DNA from: Nitrospirota bacterium
GTDB lineage: Bacteria > Nitrospirota > Thermodesulfovibrionia > Thermodesulfovibrionales > UBA6898
Reading direction: 5' to 3'
DNA length: 64,000 bases
Assembly: GCA_012026685.1 (NCBI GenBank)
Contig: VEOY01000089.1
Span: 13,983 to 77,982, forward strand
The notes beneath the pieces are model-generated. The model saw nothing but the letters and a program-made list of their open reading frames with translations. It searched no databases and was not told the origin of the DNA. Numbering within the stretch: the first letter of the stretch is position 1; each line of letters opens with the position of its first letter. Positions 1 to 10,773 of this stretch are shown here, piece after piece. A program made the translations under genes and the position numbers.

Positions 1-480
1 AACAAAATAGAGATCTCTGTCCCGCCGGAAAAACTCTGGGGTTTTATCGCTGATCCCGTACGCATCATGTCCTGGAACCCGAAGATCAGAAAGGTCATAC
101 CGGTCACGATCGGAGAACCTAAGGCCGGTTCACAATATCGCATCCGGTATCACCTGATCGGCGGAGAAGGCAACTACGCCGCCGAACTTATGGAATTTGA
201 AGCGCCGGTGCGGTGCGTACTGCATCTGAAGGGGGGAAATCTCCCGACGAAAGGATACATCCAGGAAATCTATGAGATCACAGAGAAGCAGCACGGATGT
301 CAGCTCACGCAGACGATCCTGACAGATCAGGCCGGAATAGGGTTTTTCCGCGCACTGCATGCCAGGCTCGGGCATCTGCTCGGTTCCGGTTCAGCGCGGC
401 GCTATCTCCGGAGACTGAAAAAGCTGGCAGAATCGTCAGAGACAGATCAGGCCAGCCCTTTTGTGCAAGCTTCCCGCTGA
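1..480 (+). CDS. SRPBCC (START/polyketide-cyclase-like) family protein, 5' end cut by window edge
   Basis: Frame 1 is open from base 1 (NKIEISVPPEKLWGFIADPVRI...) into the listed 67..480 ORF. The opening 'PPEKLW..I.D' pattern and small size are typical of SRPBCC proteins. Recognised by eye only. Confidence 0.5.
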   Translation, partial: NKIEISVPPEKLWGFIADPVRIMSWNPKIRKVIPVTIGEPKAGSQYRIRYHLIGGEGNYAAELMEFEAPVRCVLHLKGGNLPTKGYIQEIYEITEKQHGCQLTQTILTDQAGIGFFRALHARLGHLLGSGSARRYLRRLKKLAESSETDQASPFVQASR

Positions 481-482
481 TC

Positions 483-1127
483 TCAGCCTTTATCTACCTT
501 CACTCCCCTGAACGTCCCCATGAGTTCTGCCTTAAGCGCCCCGAACTTGCCGTCGCCGCTGCACCGGATAACGACATTCCGGTAACCTTTTGAGACCTTT
601 TCATACGACGTGAGGATGCTCTGGAGACTGAATCCGTACTTCCTGATGATGTCCGCGACCTCTCTCACCGAACCGGCCCTGTCTTCGACGGTCACGGCAA
701 TTCTATGGCCTCCATGCCTGACGCCCGTGATATCTACAAGTACTCTGAAGATATCCCGGTCAGAGATGATGCCGACCACCTTGCTGTCTTCGACAACAGG
801 AAGAGATCCGATGTTGTTGTCGAACATGATCATTGCAGCTTCTTCAATCGGGGAATCCTGACTTATCGTGAAGACTTTGGCCTTCATCAGGCTCTTCACC
901 CTGGTGGTTGCAAGAAGGTAATGAAGCTCATATATATCAAGTGATGTTGCCCTGGAAGGGCTGAACTCCCTGATGTCCCTGTCTGATATGATGCCTTTAA
1001 GCCTCTCGTCCCTGGTCACGGGGACATGCTTGATCTTCTTCTCCTTCATCAGCTTGACTGCTTCGGAAACGCTGTTTTCAGGAGATATGGTGATCACCTT
1101 TCTTGTCATCCAGTCGGAAACGAACAT
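483..1127 (-). CDS. CBS-pair domain protein with C-terminal ACT-like domain (AcuB-like)
   Basis: 214 aa. Two CBS repeats (VSDWMTRKVITISPE..., GIISDRDI... twice), then a C-terminal regulatory-like domain. Confidence 0.75.
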   Translation of the reverse strand: MFVSDWMTRKVITISPENSVSEAVKLMKEKKIKHVPVTRDERLKGIISDRDIREFSPSRATSLDIYELHYLLATTRVKSLMKAKVFTISQDSPIEEAAMIMFDNNIGSLPVVEDSKVVGIISDRDIFRVLVDITGVRHGGHRIAVTVEDRAGSVREVADIIRKYGFSLQSILTSYEKVSKGYRNVVIRCSGDGKFGALKAELMGTFRGVKVDKG

Positions 1128-1149
1128 ATGCGACCTCCTTGGTTAGGAC

Positions 1150-1869
1150 CTATACTCCCAGATACGCTTTCTTCACATGCTCGTCATTGAGTAGTGCCTG
1201 CCCTGTCCCCTGAAGGGCTATCCTGCCGGTCTCGAGCACATATGCCCTGTCGGCAATCGAAAGGGTCTGCTTTGTGTTCTGCTCAACGATGAGGACTGTG
1301 GTCCCCGCTTCCCGTATCCGCTTTATGACATTGAATACCTCCCGGACAAGGATAGGGGCGAGTCCGAGGGAAGGTTCATCAAACATCATCAATTTCGGCA
1401 ATGACATCAGGCCCCGGCCTATGGCGACCATCTGCTGTTCTCCCCCGCTCAGCGTTCCGGCCAGCTGCCTCCTCCGCTCCCTGAGCCTCGGAAAGAGCTC
1501 AAATACCATCTCCTTCGTCTTCTGCCTCTGTTTCTTCGCCTCACCCTTCAACGAACCCATGTCCAGGTTTTCTTCCACGGTCATCTCCACAAAAAGTCTT
1601 CTCGCCTCAGGACAGAGGGCTAATCCCTTCTCTATGAGTTTGTAGGGTTCGACTTTGTTGATAGGGACGCCGTCAAAGACCACCTCACCGTTTCCGGGCC
1701 TCACTATCCCGGAAATGGTCTTCAGGGTAGTCGACTTCCCCGCTCCGTTCGCTCCGATTAGCGCAACGATCTCACCTTTCTTCACTTCAAAGGCAACCTT
1801 CCATATCACCTGGACATCGCCGTAGAAAACGTCTATGTTTCTTATCTCAAGCACTCTCTGCCTCTCCAA
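1150..1869 (-). CDS. livF: branched-chain amino acid ABC transporter ATP-binding protein LivF
   Basis: Walker A GANGAGKST, signature LSGGEQQ, Walker B MMFDEPS. Last gene of the liv-like operon. The ORF-track start at 1869 is TTG. A GTG at 1854 with a GGAGAGG upstream is an alternative start. Confidence 0.9.
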   Translation of the reverse strand: MERQRVLEIRNIDVFYGDVQVIWKVAFEVKKGEIVALIGANGAGKSTTLKTISGIVRPGNGEVVFDGVPINKVEPYKLIEKGLALCPEARRLFVEMTVEENLDMGSLKGEAKKQRQKTKEMVFELFPRLRERRRQLAGTLSGGEQQMVAIGRGLMSLPKLMMFDEPSLGLAPILVREVFNVIKRIREAGTTVLIVEQNTKQTLSIADRAYVLETGRIALQGTGQALLNDEHVKKAYLGV

Positions 1870-2569
1870 GGTACGCCTCTATCACAAGGGGGTTGTTCCC
1901 TATCTCATGCGGTGTGCCCTCGGCTAATTTCTGCCCGTAGCTTAAAACAACGATCCTGTCGGAAATGGCCATGATGACCTTCATATGATGCTCTATGATC
2001 ATGATGGTTATGCCTCTTTCCTTTATCCTCCGTATGATCCCGATGGACTCATCGAGTTCTGTGGGGTTAAGCCCTGCAAAGGATTCGTCAAGCAAAAGCA
2101 TCTCAGGGTGCGTAGCAAGCGCCCGGGCTATCTCGAGCTTTTTCCTTTTCCCGAGGGGAAGTCCTTTTGATATCACATCCCGGTCATCATACAGCCCGGT
2201 AAATTTGATCGTCTCAAAAGCGATCTCCTCGGCCTGGGCTCTGCTTTTTACGCGCAGGAAAGCTGAGGCTATCACATTGTCAAGGACGCTCATCCTCTGG
2301 AGGGGCCTTACTACCTGGAAGGTCCTGGCGACACCCATCTTGCAGATCTGGTGCGGTTTGAGGCCGGATATCTTCTTCTGGTTGAAATAGACCTCGCCCC
2401 GGGAAGGCGGGTAGAAGCCGTTCACCACGTTGAACATGGTGGTCTTTCCGGCACCGTTCGGGCCGATCAGACCGAGGATCTCACCCTTTTCAACGCCAAA
2501 AGAAATATCGGTCAGCGCCGCAAGGCCGCCGAAGAAGCGTGAAACCCCTTTGACCTCAAGCATTGACAT
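1847..2569 (-). CDS. livG: branched-chain amino acid ABC transporter ATP-binding protein LivG
   Basis: Walker [10 protein letters not shown] and Walker B LLLDE. The listed ORF extends to 2761, but the ATG at 2569 ([15 protein letters not shown]) overlaps the livM stop as TAATG. The extension lies inside livM. Confidence 0.9.
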   Translation of the reverse strand: MSMLEVKGVSRFFGGLAALTDISFGVEKGEILGLIGPNGAGKTTMFNVVNGFYPPSRGEVYFNQKKISGLKPHQICKMGVARTFQVVRPLQRMSVLDNVIASAFLRVKSRAQAEEIAFETIKFTGLYDDRDVISKGLPLGKRKKLEIARALATHPEMLLLDESFAGLNPTELDESIGIIRRIKERGITIMIIEHHMKVIMAISDRIVVLSYGQKLAEGTPHEIGNNPLVIEAYLGEAESA

Positions 2570-3507
2570 TATGCCGCCTTCCCCATCCTCAAGAGCTTCT
2601 TCAGCTTCGGCAGATCGCCGACAATGCCGTTCGGCAGGAAGATGATGATAACGATCAGCAGAATGCCGAAAAAAGTATGGTGCGCTGCACCGAGCTTGGG
2701 GATGGTCCGGATAAGCTCGGCAAGGAACACCATGATGACCGCACCCACAAAAGGCCCCCAAAAAGTTGCCACACCGCCCACCATGACCACCATGATCGTC
2801 ACAATAGAGATGTCATGCAGAGCGAAGACGATCTTGGGGTCAATGTATCCCATGTAGTTCGTATAGAAAGCTCCTGCAAGTCCGGTGATGATCGCGCTCA
2901 GGCTGAGCGCAATAGTCTTATACAGCGTCGTGTTAATGCCGAGGGACTCGGCCGCGTCCTGGTCCTCCCTGATCGCAACAAAGTAGTAGCCGAGTTTTGA
3001 TTCAATGACCTTTTTCACCAGAAAGAACGCAAGTGCGGCAAGGATCAGGATGATGTAGAAGTACCAGGTCTTCTCGATCCAGGTCCTCTCTCTGATCATG
3101 ATACCGAGATCGCCTTCGGTAATCGTCGTAAGGTTCTCTGCCATGACCCTCAGGATAACGCCCATGGCAAGCGTGCCGAGAGCAAAAAACGGGCCTTTCA
3201 GTCTCAGGCAGATATAGCCGATGACAAGGGCAAAGAGCGTGACAACCATAATGCTGAGAGGCAAACCCCACCAGGCAGAGACTCCCAGCTTGTTATAGAG
3301 TATCCCTGCAGTGTACGCGCCGACGCCGAAAAACGCTGCATGGCCGAACGATACCTGGCCGCAGTAGCCGCCGAGGAGGTTCCATGCCATGCCGATAACC
3401 GACCACATGATCACCAGGATCAGGATGTGCATCCAGTAGGAGCTCAGGCCTATCAGGGGGAGCACAGCGAGAAGTCCGGCAATGATGAGAGGAAGGTATT
3501 TCTTCAT
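2569..3507 (-). CDS. livM: branched-chain amino acid ABC transporter permease LivM
   Basis: Polytopic membrane protein in operon position. The start at 3507 ([11 protein letters not shown]) overlaps the livH stop as ATGA. Confidence 0.85.
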   Translation of the reverse strand: MKKYLPLIIAGLLAVLPLIGLSSYWMHILILVIMWSVIGMAWNLLGGYCGQVSFGHAAFFGVGAYTAGILYNKLGVSAWWGLPLSIMVVTLFALVIGYICLRLKGPFFALGTLAMGVILRVMAENLTTITEGDLGIMIRERTWIEKTWYFYIILILAALAFFLVKKVIESKLGYYFVAIREDQDAAESLGINTTLYKTIALSLSAIITGLAGAFYTNYMGYIDPKIVFALHDISIVTIMVVMVGGVATFWGPFVGAVIMVFLAELIRTIPKLGAAHHTFFGILLIVIIIFLPNGIVGDLPKLKKLLRMGKAA

Positions 3508-4433
3508 TTTCCGAGCCCCTTCTTCTTGAAGAGCGACATGATGCCTCCGGGCACAAATATAAGGGCCGCCACAAATATCATGAATCTGCCCACCGGTGCC
3601 CATCCCATGCCTGCATAGGTGGAAGTCAGGGACTCGAATACCCCGAGGATAAGCCCGCCGACAATGGCACCGACCGTCGAACCGAGGCCGCCGAGGATCG
3701 TGATGACAAAGGCAATGAGCGTAAACTGGCCGCCCAGATCAGGATAGAGATAGTAGATCGGGATGAAAAGGCACCCCGCCGCCCCCACCAGTCCCGAGCC
3801 GAGACCAAAGGTAACAACCCGCATCCTTTCCACATTCACGCCCATGAGCATGGCTGCATCCTTGTCCTGGGCCGTTGCCCGGATGGACTTGCCTATATCG
3901 GTCTTGGTAAGGAAAAACCAGAGGGCGGCCGTGATCATAAGGGCAACGCAGAACGATACCGACCACGGCATGGAAAGCGAAAGCTCGATCGGCGATGCCT
4001 TCCAGTAATCGGACAGGTACCATGCCTTGGTAGCATAATCAACCGGCGTCGTCTTGTAGTCGGATGAGAATATAATTGTAGCGATGTTGGCAAGCACCAT
4101 GCCTATGCCCACGGTAAGGATGACCTGGTTCTCGGGTATGATCGCTTCGACCTTCAGGACCGGATTGATAAGGAATTTCTGGAGCAGTACGCCGAGTAAG
4201 AATAACGCCGGAGCAGCTATAAAGATAGAAAGGTACGGATCGATATGGAATGAGGAAAAAAGCACATAGGCAATATACATCCCGACCATCATCAGCTCGC
4301 CGTGGGCCAGATTGATGATCTTCATGACACCCATGATCAGGGTCATGCCTATGCCGATCAGGGCATACAGGCCTCCCAGGAGGAGGCCTGATATCAGTGT
4401 CTGCAGCAGTACTTCAAGCTGGACCGATGTCAT
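3504..4433 (-). CDS. livH: branched-chain amino acid ABC transporter permease LivH
   Basis: 309 aa hydrophobic permease lying between the binding-protein gene and livM. Confidence 0.85.
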   Translation of the reverse strand: MTSVQLEVLLQTLISGLLLGGLYALIGIGMTLIMGVMKIINLAHGELMMVGMYIAYVLFSSFHIDPYLSIFIAAPALFLLGVLLQKFLINPVLKVEAIIPENQVILTVGIGMVLANIATIIFSSDYKTTPVDYATKAWYLSDYWKASPIELSLSMPWSVSFCVALMITAALWFFLTKTDIGKSIRATAQDKDAAMLMGVNVERMRVVTFGLGSGLVGAAGCLFIPIYYLYPDLGGQFTLIAFVITILGGLGSTVGAIVGGLILGVFESLTSTYAGMGWAPVGRFMIFVAALIFVPGGIMSLFKKKGLGK

Positions 4434-4466
4434 GGCTGTCCTGTATCATCTTCCTCAGGTGGTCTC

Positions 4467-5657
4467 CTACCGCCTTTCCCTCCAGGACGGCATCGGGTAG
4501 ACGTACTTCTTGCTCGCAAACTTTTCAGGCCAGATCGTTTCATGTTCGCCTTTGATTACCTGGAGCACAAGGGTATCGATGAAGTTCTGGTTCTGATATC
4601 CTTCCTTGTCCTCGAATTTAATCGGGCCGAACGCGGTCACGGTATTCGTTGCCTTGAGCGCATTGCGGATTCCGTCCGGAGTCCAGTCCTTGGCCCGTTC
4701 GAGCGCGTCCTTTGTCACATAGAGCGCGGAGTATGCTGAAGCACCGTGGTAGGAAGGAAAGTCGCCGTACTTCTTCTTGTATTTTTCGGCATACTCCTTT
4801 GCGCCGGCGTATTTGAGCTGGGGCGACCAAAGGGTTGCGGTAATCACATACTCAGCCGCGTCCTTGGCATTGTCAATGAACTCAGGGATCGCGAACCCTG
4901 CAGCGCCTCCGGCGAAGAGCTTGGCATCGATTCTCAGCTCCTTGATCTGCTTCATGAGCAGCGATGCGTCCATGACATAGGAAACCATATAGATAACGTC
5001 GGGCTGGGCAGCCTTCACCTTGGAAAGCAGCGGCTTGAAGTCAACTGAACCGGCCTCATACTTTTCCTTCAGGAGAACTTTAATTCCTGTATTCTGGGCA
5101 TCCTTTGCCATTGCCTCGGCGCCTGATGTTCCAAAGGCCGAGCTTTCGTAAAGGATCGCCATGGTCTTCGGTTTTACAATGTTCTTGATGAAATCGATAA
5201 CGCCGTCGCCGTAATGGGCGTTCACCTGGTTCTGGCGGAAGACATATTTATAGTTCTTCTGGGTGATGTCGTCATCTGCGCTCGCGACCACCAGATACGG
5301 GGTCTTCCTTTCCTCGGCGACTGCTGCTACAGCCTTTGCGCAGGCTGAGGTGTATTCGCCGACTATGATAGGCTGCTTCTTCGTATCGATGAGTTTTTCG
5401 ACTATGGCCCGGGCAGTCTCCGGCTTTGCGCCCGAGTCCTCAAAAGAAAGGACAAGTTTATTCTTCTTGATGCCGCCTTTTGCGTTGATCTCCTCGGCCG
5501 CTATCTCGTAAGACCTTTTCATCATCTCGCCGAACTTCGCCTGCTTGCCGGTCAGAGGCAGGGGAATTACCAGATTGAAATCGGCGGCTGCTGCAAATGA
5601 GGAAGCGCACACACTCAGGACAAATACTGCCAACAGGATTACGGCCAAGCGTTTCAT
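4467..5657 (-). CDS. ABC transporter periplasmic substrate-binding protein (LivJ/LivK-like, type 1 PBP)
   Basis: 396 aa with a signal peptide (MKRLAVILLAVFVLSVCASSFAAAA). First gene of the liv-like operon. Confidence 0.85.
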   Translation of the reverse strand: MKRLAVILLAVFVLSVCASSFAAAADFNLVIPLPLTGKQAKFGEMMKRSYEIAAEEINAKGGIKKNKLVLSFEDSGAKPETARAIVEKLIDTKKQPIIVGEYTSACAKAVAAVAEERKTPYLVVASADDDITQKNYKYVFRQNQVNAHYGDGVIDFIKNIVKPKTMAILYESSAFGTSGAEAMAKDAQNTGIKVLLKEKYEAGSVDFKPLLSKVKAAQPDVIYMVSYVMDASLLMKQIKELRIDAKLFAGGAAGFAIPEFIDNAKDAAEYVITATLWSPQLKYAGAKEYAEKYKKKYGDFPSYHGASAYSALYVTKDALERAKDWTPDGIRNALKATNTVTAFGPIKFEDKEGYQNQNFIDTLVLQVIKGEHETIWPEKFASKKYVYPMPSWRERR

Positions 5658-5809
5658 GTTTCCTCCTTGTGGAATATCCTATTCAGTTAAAAGGTTCTTA
5701 TCCGCTTGAATATTATTTAATGGATCGATAACGAAAGTTTATAGCATCTTCCCGTGAAATGCAAGGCGCATGATGGCCAAAGGTATCTCTCCTGTCAGTG
5801 CCTGAGAGG

Positions 5810-6556
5810 TCATGGTTTGTCTGCAACGGACTTGAGATACTCCCTGTTCAGCTTCGCGATAAAAGAGACCTTTATGCCTTTTGGGCAGACCGACTGGCAT
5901 TCATAATGGTTGCTGCAGTTTCCGAATCCTTCCCGGAGCATCGCTTCGGTCATGACACATACGCGCCGGGCAGCTTCGACACGGCCCTGCGGCAGCATAG
6001 CAAGGTGCGTCACCTTGGCCGCGGTAAAGAGCATCGCAGACCCGTTGGGGCAGGCGGCAACACAGGCGCCGCAGCCGATGCATTCAGCCGCGTCCATTGC
6101 TTTTTCCGCGTCCGTCTTGGGGATCAGAACAGCATTGGCATCAGGAACGCCTCCCGTATGCACCGACACATATCCCCCTGCCTGTATGATGCGGTCAAGA
6201 CTGCTCCGGTCAACGATCAGGTCTTTGATCACAGGGAATGCCCTGGCCCTCCAGGGTTCGATATAGATCGTATCGCCGTCCCTGAAATGTCGCATATGCA
6301 GCTGGCAGACCGTGGTCTTCTCCTGAGGACCGTGGGGTATGCCGTTGATAACCTGCGAGCATGACCCGCAGATCCCTTCCCTGCAGTCGTGGTCAAAGGC
6401 GATCGGCTCCCTGCCCTCCCTCGTCAACTCCTCATTGACCTCGTCGAGCATCTCAAGGAACGACATATCAGGGCTTATGTCCCTTGCCTGATACTGCTCA
6501 AGGCTGCCTTTATCTTCAGGGCCGCTCTGTCTCCATACATAGAGAAACAGGTCCAT
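5810..6556 (-). CDS. sdhB: succinate dehydrogenase/fumarate reductase iron-sulfur subunit
   Basis: Cluster motifs [21 protein letters not shown] and CQSVCPKG. The start overlaps the sdhA stop (TAATG). Confidence 0.9.
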   Translation of the reverse strand: MDLFLYVWRQSGPEDKGSLEQYQARDISPDMSFLEMLDEVNEELTREGREPIAFDHDCREGICGSCSQVINGIPHGPQEKTTVCQLHMRHFRDGDTIYIEPWRARAFPVIKDLIVDRSSLDRIIQAGGYVSVHTGGVPDANAVLIPKTDAEKAMDAAECIGCGACVAACPNGSAMLFTAAKVTHLAMLPQGRVEAARRVCVMTEAMLREGFGNCSNHYECQSVCPKGIKVSFIAKLNREYLKSVADKP

Positions 6557-8484
6557 TATTTATAACTCCTCGTCGCGAGCTGCACGTTTTCGAAAATGAG
6601 CGGCTCCTTATGCAGCTGCGGATTTTTCTCCGGCCCCCCGAACTCCCAGGCGGCGACATAGCAGAAATTTCCGTCGTCACGCTTTGCCTCCCCGTCCGGC
6701 ATCTGGTGCTCGACCCTGAAGTGGCCTCCGCAGGACTCTTCCCGGTGGAGCGCATCGAACGCCATAAGCTCTCCGAACTCGAGAAAATCAGCTACGCGTC
6801 CTGCCTTTTCGAGCTCCTGGTTGAGCCCTGCGCCACTCCCCGGAACTCGGAGATTTCCCCAGAATTCGGCCCGCAGTTCCGGGATAAGCTTCAGTGCCCG
6901 GTTCAGGCTCTCTTTACTCCGCGCCATGCCGACATCTTCCCACATGATCCTGCCGAGCTGCCGGTGGAAATCATTCGCGGTTTTCCTTCCCTTTATCGAA
7001 AGCAGTCTATTCGTGACTGCGGCTACATCTTCCCGTGATCTCCTGAAATCCGGGTGCTGATCATCCGCCGTCCCCGGCCGGATGCCCGCAAGATAGTCCG
7101 CTATGGTATACGATATGATGAAATATCCGTCAGCAAGCCCCTGCATAAGCGCGCTCGCGCCGAGCCGGTTGCCGCCATGGTCGGAAAAGTTCGCCTCGCC
7201 AAGCACAAAGAGCCCCGGTATGCTGCTCTGCAGGTTATAATCCACCCAGAGCCCGCCCATGGCGTAATGCGGTGCGGGATATATGCGCATCGGCCGCTCA
7301 TAGGCGTTCTCGGCGGTTATCTGTTCGTACATGTCAAAGAGGTTCCCGTACCGCTCAGCGATCTTTTCCCTGCCGAAGCGCTGTATGGCATCACCAAAAT
7401 CAAGATAGACGCCCCTTCCGCCGGGGCCCACGCCCCGTCCTTCATCGCATACCTCTTTTGCCGCACGGGAAGCGATATCCCTCGGCGCAAGATTGCCGAA
7501 GCTCGGGTATTTGCGCTCGAGATAATAATCGCGCTCGTCCTCAGGTATCTCATGCGGCTTCCGCTGGTCGTCTTTTTTCTTCGGCACCCATACCCTGCCG
7601 TCGTTTCTCAGGGACTCGGACATGAGGGTAAGCTTGGACTGATGGTCTCCGGTCACCGGAATGCATGTCGGATGGATCTGGGTAAAGCAGGGGTTCGCGA
7701 AAAATGCCCCTTTTTTGTAGGCACGGAAGGTCGCGGTCACGTTCGAACCCATGGCATTGGTCGAAAGATAGAAGACATTCATGTATCCACCGGTACAGAG
7801 GCATACCGCATCGGCTGCATGGCTCCTGATCTCGCCCGTCACCAGGTCGCGGACCGTGATCCCTTTTGCCTCACCGCCGATCAGAACCAGGTCAAGCATC
7901 TCCGTACGCGGGTACAGCCGCACGGATCCCGCCTTGACCTGCCGGGAGAGCGCAGCAAAGGCGCCGAGAAGGAGCTGCTGGCCGGTCTGCCCCCTTGCAT
8001 AAAAGGTCCGGGATACCTGGGCCCCGCCGAAAGACCGGTTATCAAGATATCCTGCATAATCCCGGGCAAACGGGACTCCCTGTGCAACACACTGGTCGAT
8101 GATGCTGCTGCTGATCGTGGCTAGACGGTATATGTTGGCCTCGCGTGCCCTGAAATCGCCGCCCTTGATCGTATCGTAGAAAAGCCGGTAGATGCTGTCG
8201 CCGTCATTGGGATAGTTCTTTGCTGCATTGATGCCGCCCTGCGCGGCGATGCTGTGCCCCCTGCGGGGACTGTCCTGAAAACAGAACGCATGAACCTGAT
8301 ATCCGAGTTCCCCAAGGGTTGCGGCTGCGGACGCTCCTGCAAGGCCGGTGCCCACCACAATGACCCTGTACTTGCGCTTGTTGGCAGGGTTGACAAGCTT
8401 CAGCTCCTGTCTGCGGCGGTCCCACTTTTCCGAAAGAGGCCCCGAAGGGCATTTCCCGTCGAGGATCTTGTACGCGCCGCTCAC
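6556..8484 (-). CDS. sdhA: succinate dehydrogenase/fumarate reductase flavoprotein subunit
   Basis: 642 aa. FAD fold [14 protein letters not shown], and [14 protein letters not shown] with the His for covalent FAD. GTG start overlaps the sdhC stop (GTGA). Confidence 0.9.
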   Translation of the reverse strand: MSGAYKILDGKCPSGPLSEKWDRRRQELKLVNPANKRKYRVIVVGTGLAGASAAATLGELGYQVHAFCFQDSPRRGHSIAAQGGINAAKNYPNDGDSIYRLFYDTIKGGDFRAREANIYRLATISSSIIDQCVAQGVPFARDYAGYLDNRSFGGAQVSRTFYARGQTGQQLLLGAFAALSRQVKAGSVRLYPRTEMLDLVLIGGEAKGITVRDLVTGEIRSHAADAVCLCTGGYMNVFYLSTNAMGSNVTATFRAYKKGAFFANPCFTQIHPTCIPVTGDHQSKLTLMSESLRNDGRVWVPKKKDDQRKPHEIPEDERDYYLERKYPSFGNLAPRDIASRAAKEVCDEGRGVGPGGRGVYLDFGDAIQRFGREKIAERYGNLFDMYEQITAENAYERPMRIYPAPHYAMGGLWVDYNLQSSIPGLFVLGEANFSDHGGNRLGASALMQGLADGYFIISYTIADYLAGIRPGTADDQHPDFRRSREDVAAVTNRLLSIKGRKTANDFHRQLGRIMWEDVGMARSKESLNRALKLIPELRAEFWGNLRVPGSGAGLNQELEKAGRVADFLEFGELMAFDALHREESCGGHFRVEHQMPDGEAKRDDGNFCYVAAWEFGGPEKNPQLHKEPLIFENVQLATRSYK

Positions 8485-9149
8485 TTGAGTATACCCAGCA
8501 GGGCAGCTATCGGTATCGAAAGATAGCCGCTTGCCACCACCGTCGCGGCAACCGCGCCTGCCCTGACAATAAAGCGCTGTGTCCTGTCAGACTGGAGGCC
8601 GAAGCTCTGAAATGAGCTCTCCACGCCATGGAAAAGGTGGAGAAAAAGCGCTGCGACCGCAATGCCGTATATGCACGAGACCGCAAGATGTTGAAAACTG
8701 TAGATCACCATGCCAAGCACATCCGGCCTCCCGGCACTGTCCATGTTCCTGTTTGCGGCATGCTCAGGAAAGATCAGCTGCAGCGTAAAATGGACAAGAT
8801 GAAAGAGCAGGAAACCCCCGATGACCGTCCCTGACCAGATCATGGTCCTTCCCGCAAAGGTCGCCCTCAGGTGCTTTTTTACGAAATACGGCGCAGGCTT
8901 GGCACGTCGGTTCTCAAGCGTGAGCTGTATGCCGAAAAATATGTGCACCGTCACTACGACCGACATGAACAGCCGGTAGGCCCATAGCAATGGCGGTAGT
9001 GCATGAAGACGTTCAGCGTATGCATTTATCCACCCTGAATACACCGTCGTATTTCCCAGCAGATGCACCGCAACAAACAGGATCATCATCCACCCGGTAA
9101 GGGCCATGAAGATCTTCCTGCCTACAGTGCTCCGGGTCAGTTCCGCCAT
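8481..9149 (-). CDS. sdhC: succinate dehydrogenase/fumarate reductase cytochrome b subunit (single 5-TM, type-B-like)
   Basis: Hydrophobic, His-rich helices ([29 protein letters not shown]). The listed ORF runs to 9353 but would overlap the upstream malic enzyme gene. The ATG at 9149 ([12 protein letters not shown]) lies 13 nt after that gene's stop. Confidence 0.75.
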   Translation of the reverse strand: MAELTRSTVGRKIFMALTGWMMILFVAVHLLGNTTVYSGWINAYAERLHALPPLLWAYRLFMSVVVTVHIFFGIQLTLENRRAKPAPYFVKKHLRATFAGRTMIWSGTVIGGFLLFHLVHFTLQLIFPEHAANRNMDSAGRPDVLGMVIYSFQHLAVSCIYGIAVAALFLHLFHGVESSFQSFGLQSDRTQRFIVRAGAVAATVVASGYLSIPIAALLGILK

Positions 9150-9162
9150 CTCGTCCTGCACA

Positions 9163-10566
9163 CTATTTCCTCGCGAGTCCTGTCCTGCGGGCAGCCTCGG
9201 CAACCTCATGGGCAACGAGAGAGGCGACTTTCTTGTCCATGGCGCTGGGGATGATGTGGTCCTCGTGCAATTCATCATCTTTGATGCTGTAGGCAATTGC
9301 ACGCGCAGCAGCGAACTTGACCTCTTCGTTGACGCCTTTCGCCCTGACATCAAGAAGTCCCCGGAATATCCCGGGGTACCCGAGCATATTGTTCACCTGA
9401 TTGGGGTAATCAGACCTGCCGGTTGCCAGGATCTTGACCAGGGAGATCGCATCCTCGGGCGCGATCTCCGGTTCGGGATTCGCAAGCGTAAACACGATCG
9501 GGTCCTTGGCCATGCTCCTGATATGGTCAACTGTCACGGTATTGGGTCCGGCAAGGCCGATGAGAACGTGAGCCCCTTTTACCGCATCAGCAAGGGTGCC
9601 TTTGATCATGCGCGGGTTCGTCTTCCGTGCAATGGCCTGCTTATAGGGATTCATATCCTGCCTCCTGCCCTTATAGATCGCTCCCGCCCTGTCACAGAGA
9701 ATGATGTCCTGTATGCCGTACGCGGCAAGCATGAGGGCATTCGCTATGCCGGCAGCGCCTGCTCCCAGGATGACCACGCGGAACTTCCGCATATTCTTCT
9801 TCAGAAGCCGTGATACATTGATGATGCCGGCGAGTACGACAACAGCAGTCCCATGCTGGTCGTCATGGAACACCGGGATATCAAGCTCTTTTCTCAGCCT
9901 CGTCTCGATATCAAAGCAGCGGGGGGCAGAGATGTCTTCAAGGTTGATGCCGCCGAACGGCGTTGCAATGTTCTTTACGGTCGCAACGATCTCGTCCGGG
10001 TCTTTTGTGCCGAGTGCTATGGGAAAGGCGTCTATTCCGGCAAATTCCTTGAAGATCATTGCCTTGCCTTCCATCACCGGCATGGCGGCTTCGGGCCCTA
10101 TGTCTCCGAGACCGAGTACGGCCGTACCGTCAGTTATTATGCCGACGGCATTGCCTTTTATCGTATAGCGGTAGACATGCTCCTTATGCTCATGGATGTC
10201 CATGCATACGCGGGCAACGCCGGGGGTATATACCTTGGAAAGATCATTCCGGTCCCGCAGCGGCACTTTGTTATGGATCTCGATCTTGCCGCCCTCATGC
10301 ATCAGGAACGTCCTGTCCATGACCCTGAGGATCTTTATGCCGCCGATATTCTTCAGTGCGGAAACGATCTTCTTTTCATGCCGGTCGTCCCGGGCATTGA
10401 CCGTGATGTCGCGGATGATCTTCCCTTTTTCAACGCGGACGATGTCAACGGCGCCGAGGTCGCCGCCTACCTGGCTAATGGTCATGGCGATCTGGGCGAA
10501 CATGCCGATGCGGTTCTCTATCTCTGCGCGGATGGTGATGCTGTAGCTCGGACTTGGTACGCGCAT
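9163..10566 (-). CDS. NAD(P)-dependent malic enzyme with N-terminal ACT domain
   Basis: 467 aa. An ACT-like N-terminus (ITIRAEIENRIGMFAQIAMTISQVGG), then the malic enzyme core (VYTPGVARVC, ITDGTAVLGLGDIGP, ILGAGAAG). Confidence 0.85.
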   Translation of the reverse strand: MRVPSPSYSITIRAEIENRIGMFAQIAMTISQVGGDLGAVDIVRVEKGKIIRDITVNARDDRHEKKIVSALKNIGGIKILRVMDRTFLMHEGGKIEIHNKVPLRDRNDLSKVYTPGVARVCMDIHEHKEHVYRYTIKGNAVGIITDGTAVLGLGDIGPEAAMPVMEGKAMIFKEFAGIDAFPIALGTKDPDEIVATVKNIATPFGGINLEDISAPRCFDIETRLRKELDIPVFHDDQHGTAVVVLAGIINVSRLLKKNMRKFRVVILGAGAAGIANALMLAAYGIQDIILCDRAGAIYKGRRQDMNPYKQAIARKTNPRMIKGTLADAVKGAHVLIGLAGPNTVTVDHIRSMAKDPIVFTLANPEPEIAPEDAISLVKILATGRSDYPNQVNNMLGYPGIFRGLLDVRAKGVNEEVKFAAARAIAYSIKDDELHEDHIIPSAMDKKVASLVAHEVAEAARRTGLARK

Positions 10567-10773
10567 GGCGTCGTTCCTTTCAGCTGATGATTTCCTTATC
10601 CATTTATAAGCGCTCTTAATAGTACCGCATGTCCGGAATCATCATCAAGCCCCTCATGACCGAAATACCGGACGGGTCGGCTCCACCGTCTTCTTTCCGG
10701 AAGAGGTTTTCAAGAAATGCTCAGGCTGACAGAAACGTGAAACATCGTCGAGGACCGGACCGACGGCAAGCAG

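Noticed and set aside
2570-2761. The 64-codon N-terminal extension of the livG ORF, and similar extensions of livM (to 3603), sdhC (to 9353), bamD, the FKBP gene and the lipoprotein at 24229.
   Set aside because: The extensions overlap the upstream gene's coding region and look non-protein-like. Internal ATGs give canonical N-termini or signal peptides, with ATGA/TAATG coupling or good ribosome-binding sites.
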